Shown here: piece by piece, positions 52,561-64,000 of the stretch
How the letters are laid out: every line of letters starts with the position of its first letter
How positions within the stretch are numbered: position 1 is the first letter of the stretch
Assembly (NCBI RefSeq): GCF_963921235.1
Contig: NC_086108.1
Location: 78,556,001-78,620,000 of the forward strand
Direction of reading: 5' to 3'
Length of the DNA: 64,000 bases
DNA from: Mobula hypostoma
Lineage: Eukaryota
The notes under the pieces: generated by a model
Databases searched by the model: none
Told to the model about the DNA's origin: nothing
Seen by the model: the letters and a program-made list of their open reading frames with translations, nothing else
Position numbers and translations under genes: made by a program

Positions 52561-53956
52561 GAGTTCCTGTACGGTGGAAGACATCCTGCCTCGTTCCTAT
52601 GCCGAAGACGCCGCGCCCCAGCGGCCTCAATGACTACAGACCAGTGGCATTGATCTCCCACATCATGAAGACCCTGGAGAGACTTGTTCTGGAGCTGCTC
52701 CGGCCTATGGTCAGGCCACACTTAGATCCCCTCCAGTTCGCCTATCAGCCCCAACTAGGAGTTGAGGATGCCATCGTCTACCTGCTAAACCGTGTCTGCG
52801 CCCACCTGGACAAGCCAGCGAGCACTGTGAGGGTCATGCTTTTTGACTTCCCCAGTGCGTTCAACACCATCCACCCTGCTCTGCTGGGGGAGAAGCTGAC
52901 AGCGATGCAGGTGGATGCTTCCCTGGTATCATGGATTCTTGATTACCTGACTGGCAGACCACAGTACGTGTGCTTGCAACACTGTGTGTCCGACAGAGTG
53001 ATCAGCAGCACTGGGGCTCCACAGGGGACTGTCTTGTCTCCCTTTCTCTTCACCATTCACACCTCGGACTTCAACTACCGCACAGAGCCTTGTCATCTTC
53101 AGAAGTTTTCAGATGACTCTGCCATAGTTGGATGCATCAGCAAGGGAGATGAGGCTGAGTACAGGGCTACGGTAGGAAACTTTGTCACATGGTGTGAGCA
53201 GAATTATCTGCAGCTTAATGTGAAAAAGGCTAAGGAGCTGGTGGTAGACCTGAGGAGAGCTAAGGTACCGGTGACCCCGGTTTCCATCCAGGGGGTCAGT
53301 GTGGACATGGTGGAGGATTACAAATACCTGGGGATACGAATTGGCAATAAACTGGACTGGTCAAAGAACACTGAGGCTGTCTATAAGAAGGGTCAGAGTC
53401 GTCTCTATTTCCTGAAGAGACTGAGGTCCTTTAACATCTGTCGGACGATGCTGAGGATGTTCTACGAGTCTGTGGTGGCCAGTGCGATCATGTTTGCTGT
53501 TGTGTGCTGGGGCAGCAGGCTGAGGGTAGCAGACACCAACAGAATCAACAAACTCATTCGTAAGGCCAGTGATGTTGTAGGGATGGAACTGGACTATCTC
53601 ACGGTGGTGTCTGAAAAGAGGATGCTGTCTAAGTTGCATGCCATCTTGGTCAATGTCTCCCATCCACTACATAATGTACTGGGTGGGCACAGGAGTACAT
53701 TCAGCCAGAGACTCATTCCTCCAAGATGCAGCACAGAGCATCATAGGAAGTCATTCCTGCCTGTGGCCATCAAACGTTACAACTCCTCCTTTGGACGGTC
53801 AGACACCCTGAGCTGATAGGCTGGTCCTGGACTTATTTCATAATTTACTGGCATAATTTACATATTATTATTTAACTATTTATGGTTCTATTACTATTTA
53901 TTATTTATGGTGCAACTGTAATGAAAACCAATTTCCCCCGGGATCAATAAAGTATG

Positions 53957-54001
<45 letters not shown>
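52561..54001 (+). mobile_element. Young 5'-truncated Rex1/Babar LINE with an uninterrupted RT ORF (52599-53816)
   Basis: 405-aa ORF (LNDYRPVAL, GAPQGTVLSP, KFSDD, YKYLG); AATAAA then (CTA)n tail; the CR1 rejoins as CTATAA|AAGTTTTT. Confidence 0.95.

Positions 54002-54002
<1 letters not shown>
53956..54002 (+). repeat. (CTA)n microsatellite forming the Rex element tail
   Basis: About 15 perfect units directly after ATCAATAAAGTATGA. Confidence 0.95.
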
Positions 54003-56729
54003 AGTTTTTACAGTCAGTTTTTATGTTCCCTGCCAGCTTTCCCTCATAATCTTTTTTCCCTTTCCTAATTAAGCCCTTTGTCCTCCTCTGCTGGACTCTG
54101 AATTTCTCCCAGTCCTCAGGTGTGCCGCTTTTTCTGGCTAATTTGTATTTTTCTTCTTTGGAATTGATACTATCCCTAATTTCCCTTGTCAGCCACGGGT
54201 GCACTACCTTCCCTGGTTTATTCTTTTGCCAAACTGGGATGAACAATTGTTGTAGTTCATCCATAACGATCTTTAAATGCTTGCCATTGCATAACCACCG
54301 TCAACCCTTTAAGTATCATTTGCCAGTCTATCTTAGCTAATTCACGTTTCATACCTTCAAAGTTACCCTTCTTTAAGTTCAGAGCCTTTGTTACTGAATT
54401 AACTATATCACTCTCCATCTTAATGAAGAATTCCACCATATTATGGTCATTCTTACCCAAGGGGCCTCGCACAACAAGATTGCTAACTAACCCTTCCTCA
54501 TTGCTCAATACCCAGTCTAGAATAGCCTGCTCTCTAGTTGGTTCCTCGACATGTTGGTTCAAAAAACCATCCTGCATACATTCCAAGAAATCCTCTTCCT
54601 CAGCACCCTTACCAATTTGGTTCACCCAATCTATATGTAGATTGAAATCACCCATTATAACTGCTGTTCCTTTATTGCACGCATTTCTAATTTCCTGTTT
54701 AATGCCATCCCTAACCTCACTACTACTGTTAGGTGGCCTGTACACAACTCCCACCAGCGTTTTCTACCCCTTTGTGTTACCCATAGTGTTAGGTCTACCC
54801 ATATCGATTCCACATCCTCCCGGCTAATGTCCTTCCTTTCTATTGCGTTAATCTCCTCTCTAACCAGCAATGCCACCCTACCTCCTTTTCTTTCCTGTCT
54901 ATCCCTCCTGAATATTGAATAGTCACCTTGAATATTGAATATTGAAGATGCACCTTTGGCAGCCTTGAGTCTGTGTGGATAGGTCTCTATCAGCTTTGCA
55001 CATCTGGACACTGCAATTTAATGTGTGTATTTAATGTTTTAAAAAATATTTGAGTAACATTGTAAATATATTGTTTGATTAAGCATTCTTTGTTCACATA
55101 ATTCACTACAGGTTATATGTAAAAGTACGTGAATGGCATATGTCATTAAACCACCACGTCACATATTTCTTTGAATTACTTTCTGGAGTTACAAAACATT
55201 AACACCTCTGGATAAAAAAAAATCCTCCTCATCTCTGTCTTAAAGGTTTTAACGGGACATCCCCCTCTTCTGAGGCTGTTCCCACTAGTCCCAGACTCCG
55301 TCACTATAGAAAACATCCTCCGCTCATCCATTCTATCTCAGCCTTTCAATATTCAATAGGTTTCAAAGTGATCCCCCTCGTTCTTCTAAACTCCAGTGAA
55401 TACTGGGTCAGAGCCATCAAATGCTCCCCATACATTCACCCTTTCATTCCCAGAATAATTTGCAAACCCCGTGTGGACGTTGGCCCAAATGCCATACATA
55501 ACCTCGGCATTATATCCTAGTTCTTTATATTCTAGTCCTCTCGAAATGAATCCTAACATTGTATTTGCATTCAAGATTTTCTTGCTTTGTACCTGCCTCC
55601 TCAGTTCAGCTAGATTCTATCTTGCAGTATGGAAAACTTATTCAATATTCATATCTCCTTTGTATCAGAGAGTGCTCCCATTCTCAGAGTATAATGTGTT
55701 CTTAATTTGCAAGATCATCTGAACTGCCTGAAATCACAATGCTGGAAGCAATTTGTTTCACAATTTGCTCTGCAGTAATCCCCTTTTTTTGATATGAAAG
55801 TCAACCCCATCAAAGGCCTTCAGGAGTCTGCTTTGCTGAGAAAACATCAATAAGCGATAACCTAATTACTTATGGAGCTCCCTTCCTCCGAACACTGCAA
55901 ACAGGAAGTACTTACTGAGCATGCCCCAAGCGGCAGCAACTACTTCAATAAATGATGTGGAAAGTTTTTGGATCTGAGCAAGATTCTACTTTCAGCTTCA
56001 AGGAGGGGAAAATTTAAAAAAGACAAAGACTCAGATAGTAAATCAGTTGCAATAAAGATGCTGGAATAATCATGATGGAAGTGGGCAACTGGGGTATATT
56101 TAAAGTAGATGATCCATTGATGCCAGGGAGAGTAACATTTTCACAGCTATGCACTTTTATGTGAAGTGAGCCACAGTATTTTCTGTCTTTGTCAAATAAA
56201 ATGTTTATTGATTCTATAAGCTCTCTACTCACAAATTGTTAAACCTACCAGCATAAAAGATTGAAGAACTCCTAATGTTGCATTCATAAAATAAAGTGCA
56301 GACTATAAAGGAATCTAATTTTTATATTCTTAGGTAACACTATTGTACAATAAACTATTAGAATACAGCTGATATGTTTTAAAACAGGAAATATTCACAT
56401 CACTTACTTGACTGGTCATCTTGACTTCAATAGTCTAACCTTGGTGAATATAATTTGGCTAATAGTTGTTCTGAAGCGTACCAAACATCTCCTCAGAGAA
56501 GTAATCCCATAAACAAATTTTCAATACACAGTGGAAACCCAAATAACATACATGTAGTCATAGGAACCATGAATCTAATAAATTCAGGGAAGTCAATTAA
56601 ATGAGTGGGGAAAAAAAGCTTGGAAAAATTAATGAGTCTAGAAGCTGCCAAATTTCTGAGACATCATGGGCTCAGAAATTCAGAGTATTTCGACAGAGCA
56701 GAGTAATTTATGAAAGGTGACAGGGATGG

Positions 56730-58020
56730 TGAATGCAGTGGCAACAATCTTCCAGAGTTCCTTAGAATTCGGAATCTGGATTCTGGCATTGTACCGGATG
56801 ACTGAAAAATTGCAAATGTTACTCCACTATTTAAGAAGGGTGGGAGGCAGCATTAAGGAAATTATAGACCTGTTAGCCTGACATCAGTGATTGGGAAGTT
56901 GTTGGAATCGACTGTCAGGGATGAAATTATGGAGTACCTGGAGGCACATGACAAGATAAGCCAAAGCTAGCATGGTTTCCTGAAAGGAAAATCCTGTCTG
57001 ACTAACGTACTGCAATTTTTTGAGGAAATTACAAGCAGGGTAGAGAAAGGAGATGCAGTAAATGTGGTGTACTTGCATTTTCAGAAGACCTTTGACAAGG
57101 TGCCGCACAGGAGGCTGCTTAGCAAGATAAGAGCCCATGGAATTACAGGGAAGTTACTAGCATGGGTGGAGCATTGGCTGGTCGACAGAAAACAGAGAGT
57201 GGGAATAAAGGGATCCTATTCTGGCTGGCTGCCAGTTGCCAGTGGAGTTCCACAGGGGTCGGTGTTGGGACCGCTGCTTTTTACGATATATGTCAATGAT
57301 TTGGACTATGGGATTAATGGATTTGTGGCTAAATTTGCCAATGATACAAAGACAGGTGGAGGAGCGGGTAGTGTTGAGAAAACAGAGAGTCTGCAGAGAG
57401 ACTTAAGATAATTTAGGGGAATAGGCAAAGAAGTGGCAAATGAAATATAATGTTGGAAAGTGTATGGTCATGCACTTTGGTGGAAGAAATAAATGGGCAG
57501 AGTATTATTTAGATGGGGAGAGAATTCAAAATGCAGAGATGAAAAGGGACTTGGGAGTCCTTGTGCAGGATACCCTAATGGTCAACCTCAGGGTTGAGTC
57601 GGTGGTGAAGAAGGTGAAGGCAATGTTGGCATTCATTTCTAGACGTAGAGAGTATAAAAGCAGGGATGTGATGTTAAGGCTCTATAAGGCACTCGTGAGA
57701 CCACACTTTGAGTATTATGTGCAGTTTTAGGCTCCTTATTTTAGAAAGGATATACTGACGTTGGAGAGGGTTCAGAGAAGATTCACAAGAATGATTCCAG
57801 GAATGAAAGGGTTACCATATGAGGAACGTCTGGCAGCTCTTGGTCTGTATTCCCTGGAGTTCAGGAGAATGAGGGGGGATCTCATAGAAACATTCAAAAT
57901 GTTAAAAGGCCTGAACAGATTAGATATGGCAAAGTTATTTCCTGTGGTAGGGGAGTCTAGGACAAGAGGGCACAACTTCAGGATTGAAGGACATCCATTT
58001 AGAACAGAGATGCGGAGAAA
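56730..58020 (+). mobile_element. CR1 RT fragment, truncated at both ends
   Basis: ORFs 57064-57411, 57440-57730 and 57761-58141 (N-terminal part). Confidence 0.92.
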
Positions 58021-58345
58021 CCTGTGGAATTTGGACAGGACAACTTCCATACCAGGTTGTGATGCACCCCAGAAGAATGCTTTCTACGGTGCATCTATAA
58101 AAATTAGTGAGGGTTTTAGGGGACAGGCTAAATTTCCTTAGCTTCCTCAGGAAGTAAAGGCGCTGGTGGGCCTTCTTGGCAGTGGACTCTGCTTGGTTCG
58201 ACCAAGTCAGGTCATTTGTGATACTGACTTCGAGGAACTTAATGCTTTTGACCTGTTCCACTTGCGCACCACCGATGTAAATGGGGTCGTGCGGTCCGCT
58301 ACTCCTTCTGAAGTTAACAACCAATTCCTTCGTCTTGCTGACATG
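58021..58345 (-). mobile_element. Rex1/Babar fragment fused to the CR1
   Basis: MVVNFRR..KFLEVSITNDLTW..KKAHQRLYFLRKLRKF. Confidence 0.85.
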
Positions 58346-59439
58346 GAGCGAGGAATGGAGACAGCGGCAGATCTTGTATGAGGAAGCATGACAGCACTTA
58401 TTTTAATAAGATGAGCAAATCACGTTCAATATTATGAGATGAGATGCTGGTGGTCTGAGATTCAGGCAATTTATTATTTTTGAGCACAACACACCAAGAG
58501 ATCACAGTTATTAATTAGGAAGACATTGGTACATTTGTCTTTTCTGACAAGGGGTTGAAATATTAAATAAAATGGAAACACAAGAGGCTGCAAATGCTGG
58601 AAATTGGCGACGTACAAAAAGTGCTGGCGGGACTCAGTGGGTCAGGGGCTATTGATGGAGGGAAATGGACAGCTGATGTGGAGGGGAATAAAGGAAGTTC
58701 AATAGCAACCAGGCATAAAAGGTATATGAGGACATTAAGGACGAGTGCTGGAAGCACAAGTGGAACAGCAGAATCAGATAGTTAAGAAATGCTTCCAAAA
58801 ACAGCAGCAGAAACAATCCAATAAAGCCAGTTACATTGAGATTACAAAGGAGCACAAGGCAGTATTAGACAATCAGAGGATTTAGACAACAAGAATAAAT
58901 TTCAAAACTCATTATAACTCCTATATTCTCTAATGGCCTTGTACAGCTCTCTAATTTACCCATTATATTGTATTTGATGATCCACAATATTTCCTCTTTT
59001 AAAATAATTATTTGCATCTGTGAAATTACGTACAGAATAATAGTTGGTCAGGAATATATCAATGACTTAGCCTGAAATAACTGACAGATCCTTTGTATCA
59101 GAACAAAGAGAGAGAGAAAAAAAACTACCACATCCTTATCTGCAATTCACTCTGTTAATATTCTTGAGAATGTGCAGCTGCATAATGGTGAAAGGTACAA
59201 GTTCAGAAAGCTTTGCTAATAACATCTTAATGGAGCTGCACACAAAAACAAATACAATGCAGATGCACAGCTCTACCCAGAAGTACACTTGAAGCAGAGG
59301 TTTGAGATATTTGATTTCCTCACGTGGGAGAACCTTGTCTCTTTCATTCTTTCAGTAACAAAAAGACTTGGCAGAAGATGTACCTCTTTTCCCTTTGAGG
59401 AATTGGTAAAATTCCATTTTCCCCAGAACATACGAGTGT

Positions 59440-59990
59440 AATTCTACACTGCCATCATAGAGACCATCCTTATTTCAGTCAATAACGCCTGGTTTTGGAG
59501 CAGCATCCTGTCACAATTTATAAAAATGAAAGCGAACTGTCTACCATCACTACAGGATTTGCATGTGTCCAGGACAATCGAGCAGGCAGGAAAATCATTG
59601 TGGACACTAACCACCCTGCAAAATGCCTTTTCCAAAGGTTCCCTTCTGGAAAGTGTTACAGGGCTATTAATACAAACAAAAAAAAAAGGTTTCCTGCCCC
59701 AGGCAGTTCACCTGATCAACCATTCTAATTATCCTCCCCGCCCTCTCTATCTATTACATCAGTCACTGCATTGTGAACACTTGAAACCACTTTTTAGAAT
59801 GCTGTCTACATGGTAAATACATGCTCATTATGTTTTAATGCACATTTTATTCCATATCTGTACTTTTATATAATTTTTTATAACAGTTGAATATTGTTGT
59901 TTTTAGTTGTGTAGCACACCAGCACACCACTACGTATTCCTAATGCATGAAGATGTACACGTATATGGCAAATAAGATGATCCCTGATAT
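59440..59990 (+). mobile_element. Degraded Rex-type 3' fragment
   Basis: FYTAIIETIL-like start; LPSLQDLH..R; HP..CLFQRFPSGKCYR. Confidence 0.65.
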
Positions 59991-60159
59991 TTCTGCTCTG
60001 AGTACGTCAGTAACTTAACTCTGCTCGGCTTACTTGAATTCAAGACTGATATTACAGTGAACAAGCTCCAGTGATTGTTAAGAACAATGCTGGTTCTTCA
60101 AATACATGTAACATTAAAAACAACTGGTTTTCAGTAATATAATTTAACCTCAACCTCAC

Positions 60160-60347
60160 CTGAATCCAAATTTGTCCATGGCGATTGCAAAATGACGTGG
60201 CTGGTCATAACAATGGTAGAGATTTCTGTCATCCATAGGGATTAAGTCCACATCACTGAATACAAAGCAGTCATACTCTCCATCCTTCAGAACTTCCATG
60301 TAGCCAATGTTCAGTAACTTTGCTCTGTTGAACATGCCTTCACCTTG
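60160..60347 (-). CDS. B4GALT2: Beta-1,4-galactosyltransferase 2, internal coding exon (188 bp, phase 0 to 2) with the DVD metal/UDP-Gal motif
   Basis: Manual translation: QGEGMFNRAKLLNIGYMEVLKDGEYDCFVFSDVDLIPMDDRNLYHCYDQPRHFAIAMDKFGF+AG. Polypyrimidine tract and AAG acceptor at 60348-60350; donor AG|GTGAGG at 60159. RHFAIAMDKFGF matches B4GALT2 rather than B4GALT1. Confidence 0.95.
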
Positions 60348-60559
60348 CTTGAGGACACAAAAGAAAGAGAAAAAATAAATGTAAAATGCATGCAGTGTGC
60401 ATTATTGTGGAAATTTATAATTTTAGGAACATAAATTATGTATTGGACAAAAACTATGCAGGAAGCCATATGACAATGCACCAACACATTCAGAGTACAC
60501 ACAGTATCTGAAAGCATAACAGTATGCACTATCTGTTGATAACCTTTGAGATAAAAAAG

Positions 60560-63500
60560 ATTTCCAAATATCTCTACAGAGGGAGACAGATATTCTCGCA
60601 GGCAACTTTATTAGGGCTTTTGAGGAGGGTTCAAACTTATTTGTTGGGGGATGGGAACTGGAGTAAAGGGACTTGGGATAGGATGGATAGTAAAAAATGC
60701 AAAGATAACGTGCAGTCAGACTGTCAGGAAGGGCAGGCAGATGATAGGGCAAAAGTGCAGCCAGCAGGGTAAATATCAGTGTATTAGGGATGCAGAATCA
60801 AAAAGCACAGCAAATACGGTACTCAAAGTATTATATCTCAATGCACAGAGTATAAGAAATAAGGTGGATGATCTTGTTGCACTTTTACAGATTGTTGGGT
60901 ATGATATTGTGGCCATCACTGAATCGTGGATGAAAGATGGTTAGAGTTGGGAGCTGAATGTCCAAGGTTGCACATTGTATCGGAGGGATAGGAAGCTATG
61001 TGGTGGGGGTGGCGTGGCTCCGCTGGTAAAGAATGGCATCAAATCTTTAGAAAGATGTGACACAGGATTAGAAGATGTTGAATCCTTTTGGTTGAGTTAA
61101 GAAACTGATGGCAGTTATATACAGGCCTCCCAACAGTAGCTGAGATGTGAACTGCAGATTACAATGGGAAATAGAAAAGGCCAGCCAAAAGGGCAATGAT
61201 TGTCATGGGAGATTTGAACATGCAGATAGATTGGGAAAATCAGGTTGGTATTGGATCTCAAGAGAGTGAATTTGTTGAATGCCCATGAGATGGCTTTTTA
61301 GAGCAGTTTGTTGTTGAGCCTACTAGGGGATCAGCTATACTGGACTACGTGTTATGTAATTAACTAGAGGCGATAGGGAGCTTAAGGTAAAGAAACCCTT
61401 AGGAGGCAGTGATGACAATATGTTTGAGTTCAACTTGAAATTTGATAAGGAGAAAGTAAAGTCTGACATAGCAGTATTTCAGTGGAGTACAGGAAATTGC
61501 GGAGGTATGAGAGAGGAGTTGGCCAAAGTAAATTGGAAGGAGAGGCTGAACGAGATGACAGCAGAGCAGCAATGGCTTGAATTTCTGCGAAAAATTAGGA
61601 AGATGGTGTATACATGTATTCCAAAAACAAAGAAATATTCAACTGGCGAGATAGTACATCCATGGCTGACAAGAGCTCAAAGCTAATGTAAAAGCAAAAG
61701 ATAGGGCATACAACAAAGCAAAAACTAGCAGGAAGATAGAGGATTGGGAAGCTTTTAGAAACCTGCAGAAAGCAACTAAAAGAATCATTAAGAGGGAAAG
61801 GATGAAATATGAAAGCAAGCTAGCAAACAATATCAAGGTGGATAGAAAAAGACGGGAGTGGATATAGGACCACTACAAAATGAAGCCAGAGAAATGATAA
61901 CAAGGGCCAAGGAGATGGTAGATGAACTAAATAAGTATTTTGCACTGTGAAAGACTCTACTTCACTGTAGAAGTCATTAGCAATGTGCCAGGTGTTGAAG
62001 GATGTGAGGGAAGAGAAGTAACTGCCGTTACTTTTACAAGAGAGAAGGTGCTCAAAAAGTTGATAGACATAAAGGTACATAAAGTTACATGGACAAGATG
62101 AACTGCACCCTGGGGTTCTGAAAGAGATAGCGGTGGAAATTAGGCCATAACACATAGGAGCAGAATTAGGCCATTCAGCTCATCGAGTCGACTCCACTAT
62201 TCTGTCATGGCTGATCCCAGATCCCACTCAACCCTATATATCTGCCTTCTTGTCATATCCTTTGATGCCCTGATCGATCAGGAAATTATCAACTTCTGCC
62301 TTAAATATACCCACGGACTTGGCCTCCACCACAGTTTGTGACAAAGCATTCCACAGATTCACTACTCTCTGGCTTAAACGATCCTTCTTGCCTCTGTTCT
62401 AAAAGGTTGCCCCTCAAATTTGAGGCTGTGTCCTCTAGTCCTGGATACCCCCACCAGAGGAAACATCCTCTCCACATCCACCCTATCTAGTCCTTTCAAC
62501 ATACAGTAGGTTTCAATGAGATCCCTCTGAATTCTTCTAAATTCCAGTGAGTGCGGGCCCAAAGCTGCCTCATATGTTAACCCCTTCATTCCCAGAATCA
62601 TCCTTGTGAACCTCCTCTGGACTCTCTCCAATGACAACATATCCCCTGAGATACGGGGCCCAAAACTGTTGACATTAATCCATGTGTGGCCTGACTAGTG
62701 CCTTATAAAGCCTCAGCATTATCTCCTTGCTTTTATATTCTATTCCACTTGAAATAAATACCAACATTGCATTTGCCTTCTTTACCATAGACTAAACCTG
62801 TAAATTAACCTTCTGGTAGTCTTGCATGAGTCCCTCCTCACCTCTGATGTTTAAACATTCCCCCCATTTAGATAATAGTCTGCACTACTGTTCCTTTTAC
62901 CAAAATGCATTATCATACATTGCCCAACACTGCATTCCATCTGCCACTTTTTTGCCCATTCTTGAAATTTGCCTAAGTCCTGCTACAATTGTATTGCTTC
63001 TCAGCACTACCTAGCCCTCCACCTGTCTTCGAAATCATCCGCAAACTATGCCACAAAGCAATCAATTCATTATCCAAATCAATGACATACAATGTGAAGA
63101 GTAGCAGTTCTAATACCGACTCCTGAGGAACACCACTAGTCACTGGCAGCCAACCAGAATAGGTCTGCTTTATTCCCACTCACTGCCTCCTGCCTGTCAG
63201 CCATTCTCCTATCCATGCTAGTATCTTTCCTGTAACATCATACAATTTTATCTTGTTAAACCGTCTCCTGTGTGGCACTTTATCAAATGCCTTCTGAAAA
63301 TCCAAGTAAATGACATCCATTGCCTCTCCTTTGACCATCTTGCTAGTTACTTCCTAACGCATGGGTTAGAGTTAGGATTGTGGGGGCATTAGTAATGAAC
63401 TTTCAAAAATCATTGGACTCTGGCATAATTATCAAGGAATGGAAAATTGCAAATGTCACTCCACCGTTTAAGAAAGGAGAAAGGCTGCAAAAAGGAAATT

Positions 63501-64000
63501 ATTGACCAGTTGGCCTGACCTCAGTGGTTGGGAAGACGTTAAGAGTCAAATGTGAAGGATGAGGTTATGGAGTACTAGGTGACACAGGATAAGATAGGAC
63601 GAAGTCAGCATGGTTTCCTTTTGTGAAAGTCTTGCCTGGTGAACCTGCTGGAATTCTTTGAGGAGATTACAAGTAGGATAGATAAAGGGATGCAGTTAAT
63701 GTTGTATATTTGGATTTTCAGAAGGCCTTTGACAAAGTGCCACACATGAGGCTGCTTACCAAGTTAAGAGCCCATGGTATTACAGGCAAGTTACTAGCAT
63801 GGTTGGAGCTTTGACTGATTGGTAAGAGGCAGCAGGTGGGAATAAAAGGATCCTTTTCTGGTTGGCTGCCAGTGACTAGTGGTGTTCTGCAAGGGTTGGT
63901 GCTGGACTGCTTCTTTTTATACCGCATATCAATGATCTAGATGATACAATGGACGGCTTTGTTGCCAAGTTTCCAGATGATACAAAGATTGGTGGAGGGG
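60560..64000 (+). mobile_element. Long degraded CR1 (~60560-62145 and ~63377-64000), running off the window
   Basis: KVLYLNAQSIRNK, IVAITESW, endonuclease and RT remnants; reading resumes after the nested insert. Confidence 0.9.
62146..63355 (-). mobile_element. 5'-truncated CR1 nested in opposite orientation
   Basis: ORFs 62374-62640 and 62973-63179; CR1 3' end at ~62150. Confidence 0.9.

Larger units (their letters stand above)
50748..54945 (-). mobile_element. Young CR1 LINE (same family as 618-2419) split by a Rex element
   Basis: ORFs 54257-54754, 52170-52721 (part), 51657-51953 and 50837-51562; AGA duplicated at 50745-50747 and 54946-54948. Confidence 0.95.
49680..55018. mobile_element. 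Tc1-like end fragment in three pieces (~49680-49728, 50572-50747, 54946-55018)
   Basis: TTGGAAGTTCTCATGTTTTATAG..TGCATAAGTATTCACC..AGTCAGTATTTTGTAGA|TGCACCTTTGGCAGC..AGCTTTGCACATCTGG is continuous once the inserts are removed. Confidence 0.75.
46571..55204 (+). mobile_element. Degraded Gypsy LTR retrotransposon (5' LTR 46571-46796, 3' LTR ~55022-55204)
   Basis: TGTTA...TAACA LTR; PBS-like TGGTGATGAG at 46798; gag remnant (EQYFEANEIA, FRFHKQKQ, RDQLVCGI); protease VNGKLIKMEFDTG; integrase-tail ERRYPSRVRNP; the two LTRs are clearly homologous. Confidence 0.88.
46335..55575 (-). mobile_element. CR1 3' fragment split into 46335-46570 and 55205-55575 by a Gypsy element
   Basis: AATTCCACAGATTACACATTCCCT | CCTCTGGATAAAAAAAAATCCTCCTCATCTCTG rejoins to the CR1 pattern seen at ~24380-24430. 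Confidence 0.8.

Noticed and set aside
53944..54264. ORF with a poly-valine tail
   Set aside because: CR1 frame reading into the antisense (CTA)n tail of the nested Rex element.

Overview
Eukaryotic, repeat-dense vertebrate DNA. The mix of CR1, Rex/Babar, Penelope-like, V-SINE-like and Deu-SINE-like repeats suggests a cartilaginous fish (inference). The only host coding sequence found is two minus-strand exons of beta-1,4-galactosyltransferase 2 (B4GALT2; 60160-60347 and 36881-37003). They join in frame across a 23,156-bp intron and are absent from the ORF track. No further exon was found, so most of the window is probably intronic. Nearly all long ORFs are LINE/LTR pieces or their antisense shadows. 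Most notable structures: (i) a fold-back Penelope-like element with a minimal hammerhead-ribozyme motif, where gene-sense copies of the motif are disabled; (ii) a two-copy DNA transposon with 6-bp TSDs, three termini and a zinc-finger exon relic; (iii) a five-level nested insertion at 46335-55575; (iv) a four-part chimeric DNA element; (v) non-coding elements with ETS/YY1-type heads and Rex-type tails. No prokaryotic, CRISPR or rRNA features. No wholly new system can be shown from sequence alone. Family names come from motif recognition, not database searches.
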